The notes: generated by a model not told the origin, from the letters alone. 64,000 nucleotides of DNA from Octopus vulgaris (GCA_951406725.2 OX597824.1:52638001-52702000), one strand, 5' to 3'; shown: positions 27,732-41,101, counted from the stretch's first letter. A program made the numbers and translations.

Positions 27732-28789
27732 ATTGCAGATTTCATAACTTTCAGTTTCATGTTAGAAGCGGTAATCATCCGATAGCTTTGATTCCAGTTA
27801 AGACTTTCGAATGACGGTTATATTACAGTTTCCTTTATACATGACCGTCCGTTATTAATATCAGGTTAGACTTGTGCATGCTCAATGATCAGTAGAAGAT
27901 GATGTCAAGCAGCAGATTTATGCCCATGCTTATACATTCATTACACATAAACATACGCATTCACGCGTATGTTATCAATTCAAATCCTACGGTTGTTGAC
28001 TTTTCCTTTGATGCTAGCTGTATCGTGAAAGCAAACATTATTTCAGTTTAGAAGACACCTTTCTAGCAAAATGGTCCCTGTCTAAGGTCAAATAAACCAA
28101 TATGTATGTATATAGATATATGTAATTAATTATCAAATGGTTTCTGCCTCGGGCCAAATCAATCAATATGGACGCAGTATATGTGAATAATTATCAAAAT
28201 ATTTGTATAGCAAAATATACAGTCATTCAAAAGTCTGTTCAGAATTAATATAAGCCGGTTAAAACCTGAGATCAGTTGAGCTTCTTAAGAATACATCTTT
28301 CGTCCCCTTCTCTCAATCCCTCCCTCACACCTCACACATACAACATCCTTGGCCAACTTCCCCATTAAATTCATTAAGCCAATCCACTCTAGTCTGCCGA
28401 TGACTTCTACAATTCAGAGGCCCCAGGATAGTCGGGCTGCTGTTCTATCATTCATTCGGCCGGCCTCTCGGACTACTCTGGGTAGTTAAACGGATAAACA
28501 AAAGGGGAGTTATCGTTATATTGTGCCACTTTCAGGACAATGCTAAACCTATAATAATGAAATTTCTGTATAGATATCTCTGTGTATGTATGTATGTATG
28601 TATGTATGTATGTATGTATGTATGTATGTATGTATGTATGTATGTATGTATGTATGTATGTATGTATGTATGTATGTATGTATGTATGTATGTACTCACA
28701 CATACACATGGGGGTTCACCGCAAAAGAAGTGCAAAAGTGGACATAACTTATTACCCAGCCCATTGGTAATGCAGCTCTTCCTCTAGAG

Positions 28790-29029
28790 CACTGGTTCTC
28801 AACCAGGGTCCATATGATACTCGGGAGTCCATATAAGAGTTTTTAGTAAAAATTTGTGACTTCAACAATGCATAAAATATTTTAACATTTTTTAGATACA
28901 GTTTCTTATAACATTTAATTATAAAGATATCGTACAATGTTTTAAACATCGAATAGCCATGAGAGTCCTCTCGAGTAAAACAGGAATCAAAGAAGTACAT
29001 AGGTAAAAAAAAAAGGATGAAGACCACAG
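28790..29029. mobile_element. hAT (Charlie-like) MITE
   Basis: Ends cactggttctcaacc / ggatgaagaccacag; 8-bp TSD ctctagag (28782-89) / ttctagag (29030-37), the NTCTAGAN-type target. Confidence 0.75.
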
Positions 29030-29565
29030 TTCTAGAGTAAGTCTTATTCTTTCACTTTTTCATTGCAAATATATAAGGTAGGTCATGACCTACCTAATAT
29101 GTTTGCAATGAAAGGAGAGTTAGATAGATAAAAAAGAGGAGAGTTTGATAAAAATTAAATATATATCAATATAGCATAAGATAAAATGATATGCAGAGGA
29201 TGTGATGATTAATAATCCAATTCCATAGAAAGGGTTAATACATAGTTATATTTCAGAAAGATAGAGATATTATAAAAAAAAATTAAAGTGTGGGGGATAT
29301 TATTTAAGATTAATAAATAGGAATTTGGTCACGTGTATACATGAAAATACTTTTTCATCTCTAGCGTTAAGCAGATGTCCATTCATTCTCATTATATTGT
29401 AGCTTTCTTCCAAACACAACCTACAAATTTTGTAAATTTATCTGTAAGATGGGATTTTCCGAGATATTGAGTAATCGATATTGTTTTTTTGAGTTGCCAA
29501 ATTGTTAAAGGAAAATCTATGATTATTTATTTTTGATTTTATTTATAGAAGTTTTCGTGTAACCA

Positions 29566-29612
<47 letters not shown>

Positions 29613-30848
29613 AGTTATGAGTAATAATGGGTTCTTGTTATAATACTTTTTTCATTTAATAATTTCTATCTACTACACAAGTATTTGGGTCTCTGCAATT
29701 ACAATATAAATTACGGATGGTACTATGTTGTTATGTGCATATTTATTAGGGTTTGGGTTATAATCGTAATGGTAGTTGTTAGTTATCATTGGAGTTGCTA
29801 GTTATTTTGTATGAATTTTTTAATTATAGTATAGGTCCAGTTTCTTATTTCTAAAAGAAGAGATTATCCTTAAAAGGTTTGGAGAGACTGAAAATCCAAA
29901 TCTGATTTTTTTGTTATTAGATATTTTTGCATATTTGGAGTTTTTAAAGTTTTCATTAATTATATTTTTAATGGATCTAATAAAATTAAATTTTAGATGT
30001 TTGGCAAAAGGTAATATTATTGTTTTTTGTAGAGTGATGGGTTATATTTTAGGGGTTATCTATTCTTACACATGGTATTGGTTTCTTTTTTTGTCAATTT
30101 TATTTCTAGTTGTATTAATATGATTTCTGTTGTTATGTGTATTATTGGAGGGATTAGGTATGATGAGATTATTTTCATTTTTATGTTTATTGGTTTAATG
30201 TTCTTATTTTTATCTATAATTAAGTGTTTTTGATGTTTATTGTCAGTATTCTTGGGGTTTTTTGTATTATTATTAGTGTAGTTAGTGATTTGTGAATTGT
30301 TGAAATTAAAATTAGTTTTTCTTTAAGTAAAGTTTTGGTTATTGTGCTCGTATTGATTAAGTTTATTAGTATGTTTATTGTGGTTATGAATTCTATGTCT
30401 ATTGCTAATGTTGTGTTGACTATTATAGAGAGTTTTTATTTTGTTGTCGGGGTGTACTAATTCATCAGTTGATTTAGGTTCACTAATATCGTCTATGTTC
30501 ATATCAAGATAAATTTTGTTATTATTAGTATTGATGCTGCCACTTTTATTGTACTTAATTTAATTATTCTACCATGAATATGCATATTTTAATATCACTG
30601 TTTGAAACGAATGTATGCCTCTATTAAAATTCTTTCAAATTTTAACATCTTCTCTTCTCCATTTTTAACAAATTTCTTGAGTTCTATGGGATACCTTTCC
30701 ACAAATTCACATAACACACCGTATACAAGTATTATTTTCTTATTCCCAAACTTACGCCAATAAGGTACTAGCAAAATATGAAAAATCCTCTAAAATAAAA
30801 GGACGAAATATATTTCAACCTTTTCACACACACACACACACGCACACG

Positions 30849-30904
<56 letters not shown>

Positions 30905-31107
30905 CACACATATATATATATATATAAGGGAAAGCTAAGTTAGCGGTTGGAATAGCCATCTAAGGGATAATAATATCTGTTCTTACTATCGGTATCATTT
31001 ACCTATGCTATCCCTGGGCATGGGTATGCAAGTACACTATGCTCATAGGGTACTGGTAACAACAGAATAAACAAAAAATTATCAGGAATCAAATTTAAAT
31101 ACGTAGA

Positions 31108-31676
31108 AAATTGACCAACATCGGTTGATTGTTTTATAATACAAAACATGACATAACATTTCTTACGGCCGTTTACGCTGTCAATGTCAGTCTGTGCTTA
31201 CGAAACAAATTCCGAAAATAATATTCGCCATCTTCATAGCACATTAGATCTAGTACATGGGGCTTCATCAGAGTGAATACAAATGCATAACATATAATAA
31301 ACGAACGGAAGAGGAAAGAACAGGGTCTCGAGATGAGGCGAGAAGGCTCAGTCTATAAGAATTCATATTTTACTTTAGTACTAGTTTTATTTCACTACTA
31401 TTTACACAACCTGGTTCCCCTTTATAAAGAGATAACCCATAAATATTTCCCTAGATCATTGCTAGTTCACTCTTCTGCTTATTGACTTCAAGCTCTACGC
31501 TGCAAGATGGTATGATTCTAATATATTGAACCTTCTGGCTTCATGTCGGGGCCCTGTTCTTTCCTCTTCCCTCTTCCCTTCGTAAGCACCGACTGTGATT
31601 GGCAGCAGAAACGGCCGTAAGAAATGTTATGTCATGTTTTGTTCTAAAAAATTATCAACCGATTTTGGTCAATTTG
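31108..31676. repeat. Long foldback with a degenerate hammerhead-like motif, probably an inverted Penelope pLTR pair
   Basis: Arms 31108-31204 / 31579-31676 and 31307-31350 / 31527-31570. Minus strand 31275-31221 reads CTGATGA-A-GCC...GGC-GAAT. Confidence 0.65.
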
Positions 31677-31822
31677 TTTCTTTTTAGATCAAAAGTCTTC
31701 TCAATTTTCTGCTTATATATATATATATATATGGTATGTATGTGCGTATGTATGAAAATTATATATATGTAGGAAAAAAGAAAGTGAGAAACATATATCA
31801 ATTGGTATCAATGGCTATATAA

Positions 31823-31871
<49 letters not shown>

Positions 31872-31885
31872 TGTATGTATGTATG

Positions 31886-32124
31886 TAGGGTTGGCCAAAA
31901 GTCACTTGAGGGTAAATGAAAATTCCATAACTATTTAATATTCAATTTTATTTAATCATTCTAATTGTAAATGTTTAATAATTGCATGTTGTGAGTTAAA
32001 GTCAACCTTTTATTTTTCAAAATTTGTCTACTTATTAGCGAAGTATCATATAAAATAATGTTTTGCTTTAATCTTGGAATTAAATGATTTTGGTTTACTG
32101 TCTGATCACTTTTGGCCAAACCTG
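31886..32124. mobile_element. Tc1/mariner-type MITE in (TATG)n
   Basis: TIRs agggttggccaaaagt / acttttggccaaacctg. Confidence 0.65.
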
Positions 32125-32183
32125 CATACATACATACATATATACATATATACATACATACATACATACATACATACATACAT

Positions 32184-32281
<98 letters not shown>

Positions 32282-32282
<1 letters not shown>

Positions 32283-32478
32283 ACTTATATATAAGGGCTA
32301 AAGAAAATTATTTCAATGCCAATATGCTGATAACAGAAAAGTCTGTTATCAGCATATAATTTCCTTTAGCCCTTATATATAAGTTGTTTATGATTTTAAC
32401 CGTAAAGGTATTTTAATATGCTGCCACATTTTTGATGGAATTTTTTTTCTGTAAAAAAAACTTCATCCTATATTAGAA

Positions 32479-32480
<2 letters not shown>
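32282..32480. repeat. Short foldback element in (TA)n
   Basis: aacttatatataagggctaaagaaaattat / ataatttcctttagcccttatatataagtt, with inner hairpin atatgctgataacaga-aaag-tctgttatcagcatat. The tail resembles 58075-58175 reversed. Confidence 0.65.
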
Positions 32481-32517
<37 letters not shown>

Positions 32518-32519
32518 AT

Positions 32520-32567
<48 letters not shown>

Positions 32568-32672
32568 TAAAAATAGACAGACAGAGAGACGGATAGACAA
32601 ACAGACAGACAGATAGATTGATAGATAGATATACACACAGAGGAAAACACATATCAGTAACTTTTATCAATT

Positions 32673-32732
<60 letters not shown>

Positions 32733-32829
32733 ATATACATATATGTATATATAAATACTCACACACATGTAGGTAGACTGACAGGCAAGTAGACAGATAG
32801 ACAGACAGACACACAGATAGATAGATAGG

Positions 32830-32896
<67 letters not shown>

Positions 32897-33169
32897 GCAG
32901 ACAGATAGATATAGACACAGAGAAAAACATAACAACAGCTATGCGAGCATCAGCGGCAACAACAACGACTGCAACACAAGCAACACGCGCAGGTACAAAA
33001 ATATTACCGTCACCACTACCACCACTCCCAGTGACACCAACACCATCACCAACAGCATCGGCCCAACTTCATCAGTGACAACACCACCGGCGGTATGAGC
33101 GACAACGGCAGCAGCAATAGCAGCAGCAACAGCACCAACAACAGCAACAGACGCACCAACATCACGTTC

Positions 33170-33703
33170 CCACAAAAGTACGTGGGATGCACTAGGAATT
33201 CCCTCAAACAGCATCTTTCCAAACATTTGTCCTCCTGCAGAGTCCCGGTAAGAGAATACGTGACATTACTGGCCAGCCATATCTGGCAACTAAGAGACGA
33301 AGGGATACCATACTCGATCACATGGAAAATACACCCAGGCCTCTATACCAACAGGACGAAAGGTTGCAAGTTACGCATTGCCGAATGCCCGAGAATCTTA
33401 AAAGACTCGCTGGTACCAGGGAGCATTCTGAACACTAGGACGGTGATTTTCGTGGTTCTTTGTTACCGCAAGATGGCGGTGCGGTGGAAGCTCGATGGTC
33501 AGTGGCAAAAGGAGATAATCACCTAGTGTTTACCTTTATAGCGAATCATTCCCTCCCACCAACAATATTCTGAAGAGGTCTTAGGCAAGCAATGTTTAGA
33601 GTCTGAACTGAAGATAGGCTTTGAGGCTGAACCCCTTATGAGCGAGAAACACAGGGCAGGGTAACCCTATAAACCAGCCTCCCCATTTATCTTACCGTTT
33701 TAT

Positions 33704-33710
<7 letters not shown>
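33170..33710 (+). pseudogene. Penelope-like element 3' end: GIY-YIG endonuclease fragment plus pLTR remnant
   Basis: KYVGCT.NSLKQHLSKH..LASHIWQLRDEGIPYSITWKI..YTNRTKGCKL..AE is typical of a PLE GIY-YIG C-half; downstream CTGAAGA...GAAAC remnants. Confidence 0.75.
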
Positions 33711-33740
<30 letters not shown>

Positions 33741-34595
33741 ATTGTCAGTGTTTAATTCGCGTAATATAGCAGCAAACAATTTATTAAAATGAAACAATAC
33801 AATTGAGTTTTATTTACAACATAGGACGTCTTCAATCAAACATTTTTTGTATCATTCATTGTGTTACACACCATCAATTTCTCTCAGTTCTAGTGTTCAG
33901 CTTCAATATCATTTATTTCTTTAAGTATATTTTCCCTAGATCTTGTTTGTGATTTTGCAAAAGCCAATACAATGCAAAGTTTGTTATGTAGTTTAACGCT
34001 TCCCATGAGGAGAGGGTGGCCGTGCAAATTAAAAAATAGGCAACAAGCTGTCGCGTTGAATAATATTATTACAATTTTTCATTTTTATGATTTATCCTAC
34101 ACCATGTCGAAGAAAGAATTATATGGACACATACTATTCATAACGAGGGAGCGAGATGGCATGTATTAGCTTCAAACCATTGGTGTAATCTTTGTATCTC
34201 TTATATTTGGTAAGGTACTGCCATATCCCCATATATTTTCACTATTTTTCTCTAGATACCTTGACTACAGGACTACTGTATCTTCAAATGAATGGCGACT
34301 CCTTCAATGGCTTTTAGGAGGACTTCACCCTATTTCACTTCCAATGACAGTTCTTATGCTATTTAAACTGAAAATCATGAAAGATGGGATTCTTCTTCTA
34401 AGCCAAAGTTACTGCTGTGTCAGAGCTACTAATATTCCCAATGTTATACACAACTGTATATCATACATAACGCTCTCTGCATTCTTTTATGATTTAGATT
34501 ATACAAGAAATTAATAAAGAAATATTTTGTATTTGCAATCCTTATTTACATTATTTACAATTGACGGATATTTGTCCTCATTTTGTTTGTTGTTT

Positions 34596-34640
34596 ACACA
34601 ACGTTTCGGCTGATAGACTCTCCAGCCTTCATCAGGTGTC
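34596..34640 (-). ncRNA. Minimal type I hammerhead ribozyme
   Basis: gacac-CTGATGA-a-ggctg(gagagtctat)cagcc-GAAAC-GTT/gtgt: conserved core, stem II, palindromic AACGTT stem III, stem I acac/gtgt. Confidence 0.8.
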
Positions 34641-34682
34641 TTTTGGAAATTTCGAACATTATTATTATTATTATTATTATTA

Positions 34683-37600
34683 TCATTCAGTAGTTTTATT
34701 TTTATAGCGTGCTTTCACTTCACTACCGAGCGCAGCTCTGTGTGCCTTAGGTATGTGCTGTGATTTGTTGTGATGCTCTGATGTTTATTGTATGGAAAGT
34801 GTTCTGCGTAGGATGTGTGCAGTGCCTAGTAGTGCAATTTTCTGTATGTTATATGTGTTTGTAAGTCCTGGTGCTTTTGTTATGTATTTGTCTGAATATT
34901 TTTTTATCATGCCTAATGCACCTACTATGATAGGAATTGTTTCTGTTTTTAGATTCCACATTCTGGTCACATCTATTTCCAGGTCTTTGTATTTTGAAAG
35001 TTTCTCCATTTCTTTTAGAGACACGTTGTCATCTGCCGGTATTGATACATCAATTAGAAAGCATTTTTTTCTTCATGATCTCTGACAACTATATCTGGTC
35101 TGTTGGCCTTAATTTCTCTATCTGTGTGTATCGGCATATCCCAGAGTATGGTTGCTTTCTCGTTTTCTGTGACCTTTTCTGGTGTGTGCCTATACCAACT
35201 TTTTTCTGTTGTTATTCCATAATGTTGGCATAGCTTCCAGTGTATGTAGGTTCCAACTTTGTCATGTCTGTGAATATATTCCTTCTTAGCTAGGAGTGGG
35301 CAGCCAGAGATAATATGATTTATTGTTTCTTGTCCATCTCCACATATTCTGCAGTTACTTGTTATATTTCTTTTCATTACATGTTTTTGGTAATTTCTGG
35401 TGGGGAGGCTTTGGTCTTGTGCTGCAATTAAAAATCCCTCTGTCTCTGCTTCGAGTCCTGAGCTTCTCAACCATTGCTGGGATTTTTCTTTGTCTATTTC
35501 TTTTGCGTTTCGTTTAGTCCAGTATTTACCATGAAGGGGCTTTTCTTGCCATCGTTTTATCATGGTTCGTTGCTGTTCTGTTTTTAGTTTGGATTTCATT
35601 TGTTTTATAGCTTTTGTTGTTTCTTCATTTTCTTCTTCTTCTTCTTCATATTTATTAGGTGGTATGATTTCTTGTTTGTATTTGTCAGCTTCCTTAAATA
35701 CTAAGAACAGGTTTTTGTTTTGCTCGTGTTTTGCCGCTATTTGTATCAGTTTTCCTTCCTTCTGAAGCATATATTTTTGCACTCCTATGGTGGTTATTTT
35801 ATAGTAGTTTTCCAGCTGTATAAGGCCTCTACCACCTTCTATACGTTGTATATATAGTCTTTCTATGTCAGATTTTGGGTGATGCATCCTAGACCCTGTC
35901 ATTATTTTTCTTGTTTTCCTATCTATTTTGGTAAGTTCATTTAGTGTCCAGTTAAGGATATTGTAGCTGTAACTTATAACTGGGACGGCTAAGGTGATAA
36001 TACCTATTATCTTGTTTTTAGCATTGAGCTCTGTTTTTAGTATTGATCTAGCTCGTCTATAATATTCTTTTTTATTTTCTCTTTCATTTGTGTGTGTTGT
36101 GTCTTATCTAGTTCATGGATTCCTAAGTATTTGTAAGTTTGGCTTTGGTCTAATTCTTTTATTTCATTGGTTTTATCTAGTGTGATGTTACTACTCTTAA
36201 CTAGTTTTCCTCTTTTCATGGTTACTTTGGCGCATTTTTCTAATCCAAATTTCATATCTATTTCTTTGGTAAATCCATGAACTGTCTTTAATAGTGTTTC
36301 CAGCTGTTTGTCATTTGCAGCGTATAGTTTTAGGTCATCCATATATAAAAGGTGGCTGATCATTTTGCCGTAACATTTATATCCGCATCCAGTTCTATTT
36401 AGCATATCAGATAGAGGTGACAGTGCCAAGCAGAAAAGGAGTGGAGAGAGAGTGTCTCCCTGGAATATTCCTCTTCTAATGGGGATGGCTTTGGTTTTCA
36501 TGAGTCCCTCTTTTGTTTGGAGCTGTAGCACGGTTTGCCATTTATTCATAAAGTGCCCTATGAATTTTATAAGGGTTGGTGCTACTTTGTTAATGGCTAG
36601 TGTTTCGAGGATCCCTATGTGGGGGATGCTATCAAACGCCTTTTTGTAATCGATCCAGGCCATACTGAGGCCTTTCTTCTTTCTGTGGCTGTCTTCAATT
36701 ATGGCTTTATTAATCATTAGTGGATCTTTACAGCCATATGAGCCTTTGCGGCATCCTTTCTGTTCTTCTGGAAACAGGTTGTTTTCGTCCAGGTGCTTGT
36801 TCAACCTTTGCGATAACACTGCAGTAAGTGCCTTGTATATTGTGGGGAGACAGGTTATTGGTCTGTAGTTTTCTGGTTTTGCTGTCTCATTTGATTTGGG
36901 AATTAAGATGGTTTTCCCCTTCGTGAGCCATTCAGGCATTATCTCTGGCTCTGCTAGCATGCTGTTAAAGTTTTCAGCCAGCTTTTTGTGCATTCCTGTT
37001 AGATATTTCAACCAGAAGTTGGGGATCTTGTCATGCCCAAGTGCCTTCCAGTTGCTTAGTCCTTGCAGTGCCTGGGTGACCTTTTCAGTTGTTATGGCGG
37101 TCCAAAGTTGCTCAGATGCTGAGTTTGTTGTTTTGATACTTCTTTTTTTTGGTTGTTCGTTCGCCGACCATATTTCTCTCCAGAATTCTTCCACTTCTTC
37201 TGCCGTTGGTGCTGTAGTAATTTCTATTTTATTTTTATTTTTGCCAAGTTCTTGGTAGAACTTTTTGGGGTTGGAGTTGAACTTTTTGTTTTGTTCAAAG
37301 AAGGGCTGGCGTTTCTCGTACCGGCGGATCCTTTGTGCTTTGGCAAGGATATCTTGCTTCAGCTTTTCTTTTATCTCAGGTAAATCTTTTTCTGTGATGT
37401 TATATTTGTGGAGTATTTTTGTTTTCTTTTTGTTGCTCAGTAGCGTTGATTGTCTACTGATTTCATTAAGAATCGACAGATCTTTTCTCATTTTTGGTAT
37501 TTTGTTTTGGATGTTATTTATCCACAGGGTTTGTTTGGGTGGTGGTACTCCTGTTTGGATGGGTTTGAGTGAGTATCCAGCTTCTTTTGTGGCTGCAGTG

Positions 37601-38821
37601 GCTGCTGCGTATACTAAGTCATTTAGCTTAGTGATATCGCTTTTTGTTTCAGTGGCTATTAGTTCAGTGACGGCTAGGTTTATGCTGTTTATAATTGGTG
37701 TTGTTGTTTCGTCTATTTTGATTTTTGGGAGATATGGTCGATGGTCCATTTTGAGCTCTGTGGTTTTCAGTTCTTTGATTATTTTACTTTTTATATTATC
37801 ATAATCATTAGGCTCCCCTTTGTTGTCTCTAGGTTTTAGATTTGTGTCGCTTTCTTTCTTATTTATATGTTTGTTTGCCGTGTTTTGGCTTGCTGTTTGT
37901 CGTGTATTATTATGCATCCTTACGGTCTGGGTTTGTTGTTTTTTATTTATATCGTGTTTGTTGGGAATGTTACGTTTGTCATCGTGTTTTATTATTTCAG
38001 TGTTTATATTAATGGGCATCGTTGTGTGGCTTCTATCTACATTTTCCTGGTGTATTTTTTCTTTTAGATGTTCTATTTCTATTTCTGATATTTTTTTTGC
38101 TTTGAGAATGTATCTTCGTACGTTAGCTATTTTATTAGAGTTCATTGCTGTATCCAAGTCTATATTTATGTTATTTTCCTTCCATATTTTATATGTATGT
38201 GTTGTTGTGTTTACATTTTTGGCGTAGAGCACTGCTGTGAAGTATGCGTGTAGGATAGAAATGTATTCCTCACGTGTCCATTTATGTCTTTTGGGTTTTA
38301 TCTGCGGGACATGAGGAACAACGTCCGGCCCATTATTTTGACGGTCGTCATTTTCGTAGGGTACCGGTCCGTTCATTTCTGTTGTCACATTGTTTTGCAC
38401 GTGTAGTTTTTCGTACATTTTGTGTTGTAAGTTTAAGGTACGTACCTCCCGATTGTTATTCTTTGGTTGAATAATATCGGTGGTATTTAATTTCTTCGTA
38501 GTTCCTTTGTACATGGTGTTTGGGGTCGGGGATGATCTGGTGTTGATTGATCGTAATGTTCCACGCATGTTTACATGAGTTGTGTTAGAGGTGGAGATGA
38601 TATCGAGGCAGAATACATCATTTCGTTTCGAAAATAGTAATAAATTTTAATGAGCATTACTTACTCGGGTACAGTCCAATCCTTTGTTAGTAAATCTTTG
38701 GTTTCATACGATGTCCTTGTTTTCGATGTTTGTGGATAGATTTCAGAGCTCTGTTGTATCGTTCTTACATCTTAAACGTCCCCCGGTGTTCTTTCCTTAA
38801 ACGTCCCCCGGTGTTCTTTCC

Positions 38822-38822
<1 letters not shown>
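34683..38822 (-). mobile_element. Near full-length R4/Dong-clade LINE (~4.1 kb) inserted in (TAA)n
   Basis: Single-ORF architecture, flanked on both sides by (TTA)n; 5' UTR ends with a tandem 25-bp duplication at 38771-38820. Confidence 0.95.
34785..38568 (-). pseudogene. Dong/R4 ORF: RT, CCHC and RLE, broken by ~3 single-base frameshifts
   Basis: 843-aa open segment with KWTREE, GHDKI, YRPITCL, IDYKKAFDS, GIFQGDTLS, YMDD; then CRICGDGQETINHIISGC, RHD, RPDIV, IDV. Breaks near 36065, 35995 and 35065, two of them in A-runs. Confidence 0.93.
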
Positions 38823-38886
<64 letters not shown>

Positions 38887-39139
38887 TCACTGCCTGGAAT
38901 CGAACTTGGAATCTTGTGGTTAGTAGCCCGCGCTCTCAACCACTACGCCATATGTTCTTAAATATAGAACTGTATTTGCAATCCTCTTCATAAAATCAGA
39001 TTCATATATACGTGAATATAAGCATACACAAATATTATCGTTGCTATCATGAAAAAGTGTCGTAAGTCCAAAATGTTTTTCATTTTTAAGAAAACGAAAA
39101 AATAGTTTCACTATTACATAGCAAGACCGTTGTACTATA

Positions 39140-39550
39140 TTCTTTTACTTATTCCAGTCTTTTGACTGCGACCATGCTGGAGCACCGCCTTTAGTCGAGC
39201 AAATCGACCCCAGAACCTATTCATTGTAAGCCTAGTATTTATACTATCGACCTCTTTTGCCGAACCGCTAAGTTACGAGGACGTAATCACACCAACATCG
39301 GTTGTCAAGCGATGGTGGGGACAAACACAGACACACAAACATATACACATACATACACATATATATGCATATATTTGTATATATACGACGGGCTTCTTTA
39401 AGTTTCCGTATACCACATCCACTCACAAGGCTTTGGTCAGCCCAAGGCTATAGTAGAAGATACTTGCCCAAGGTGCCACGCATTGGGATTGAACCCGGAA
39501 CCATGTGATTGGTAAGCGAGCTACTTACCACACAGCCACTCATGCGCCTA
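39140..39550 (-). mobile_element. tRNA-derived CORE-type SINE with internal (GT)n
   Basis: Head ggctgtgtggtaag...gggttcaatccc, CORE-like gtggcaccttgggcaagt. Partial copies at 39725-39930 (-), 63075-63357 (+) and 46520-46575. Confidence 0.8.
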
Positions 39551-40147
39551 TACTTTGACATTTTTTGATATTTGGCATCTGAAGCAACTGGAAATACGAT
39601 AGTTTGACCAAAAGAACTGGTTATGGCATGCAAAAATAAATATTGCAAAACACGTATTTGGTTCAATTTGGACATACGACAGTTTAATATAATAGCAACG
39701 CTATACATATATATATATATCATATTTTACTTCTTTCGGTCACGAGACTGTGGCCATGCTGGGACGTTGCATCGAAGAATTTTAGTCGAATAAATCGATC
39801 CCAGTACTTACTTTTTTAAAGCCTGGTACTTATTCTATCGCACCCTTTTGCCGAAACGCAACATTACGGAAACATAAACATACCAACACCGGTTGTCAAG
39901 CGGTAATAGGGGACAAACACATGTACAAACACACACACACACACACATACACACACATACACACACAAACATACACACACACACACACAAACACACACAC
40001 ATATATCAAATATTATTATTAAGTTTGAAAATGGAGAGATGAAATGGATACAGTTCTATATTTAAGAGAGGAGGAATTATGTACATTATTTACATTATTT
40101 ACATTCGATGGATATTGATCCTCATCTTGTTGTTAACACAACGTTTC

Positions 40148-40531
40148 ACAAATATTTACATCGAGTAAAACCACCAATTGAAGAGAATATGACCAAAGAC
40201 TGCTTGTACTCCATTCCATACAGCTGTGGTAGGTCATACAAAGGCGAAGCATGCCGCCCCCTCAAAATAAGGGTAGACGAACATCGCAAAGCTGTGACAC
40301 GAGGAGATATTGATAAATAGGGTATAGCTGATCATATATGGGAAAATGGAGACCACCTCTCCCTGTGGGATAAAGCTAAAATAATAGATAGAGAACACCA
40401 CTGGAACATACGAAAACTAAATAAGCAGCACATATGCTAGGACACAACAACCTCCTCAGCAGACTGAGTGCAGATATGAACAGCAAATGGGAACCAATAT
40501 TAAGGGAGGATAGAAAAATATTAGATTTATA
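40148..40531 (+). pseudogene. Penelope GIY-YIG endonuclease C-terminal fragment
   Basis: DCLYSIPYSCGRSYKGEACRPLKIRVDEHRKA..*GIADHIWENGDH..WDKAKIIDREHHWNIRKL; internal stop. Confidence 0.88.
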
Positions 40532-40625
40532 AGCCCTAAAATTCACTACATAATTGGCAGATGGCGTAGTGGTTAAGAGCGTGGGCTACTAACCCCAAGA
40601 TTTCGAGTTCTATTCCAAGCAGTGA

Positions 40626-40712
<87 letters not shown>

Positions 40713-40713
<1 letters not shown>

Positions 40714-40983
40714 CATGGGTGGTTCTTTCAACATCCTTAAACAACCCTTATTCAGGGACCGCATGAGCGGGATGGGCTACTCAACCTGAAGAAAATTCTA
40801 ACTGGGCCCCACCTGCAAGGTCATGTGCTGTTTATCTTGATATGAGATCACCATGTCGCGCACATATGGTTGTGATGCATGTGCCTGGTGTGCCCTTATC
40901 AGATGGGTAGTCATGATGGGTATATTGGGCTTCGTATATTTTATCCCAGTGTCACTTTGATAGCATGAATTGCTCTCTCACTC
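40713..40983 (+). mobile_element. 5'-truncated copy 3 of the ~550-bp (TAA)n-inserted repeat, nested in the Penelope TAA tract
   Basis: Reverse complement of 9299-9540; ends ctctctcactc(aat)n. Confidence 0.85.
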
Positions 40984-41021
<38 letters not shown>

Positions 41022-41042
41022 TAATAATGATAAATGATAATA

Positions 41043-41101
<59 letters not shown>

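Larger units (their letters stand above)
34543..38970 (-). mobile_element. Penelope-derived tRNA-head/(TAA)n/hammerhead unit, interrupted by a Dong LINE
   Basis: 15-bp direct repeat tgtatttgcaatcct at 34528-42 and 38971-85. tRNA-like head 38884-38951, hammerhead 34596-34640, short inverted tail piece 38957-38975. Homologous to 40562-41262. Confidence 0.8.

Noticed and set aside
40562-40628. Functional tRNA gene (also 38884-38951 and 43150-43220)
   Set aside because: Acceptor and anticodon stems pair poorly, and the segments are embedded in repeats; these are tRNA-derived heads.
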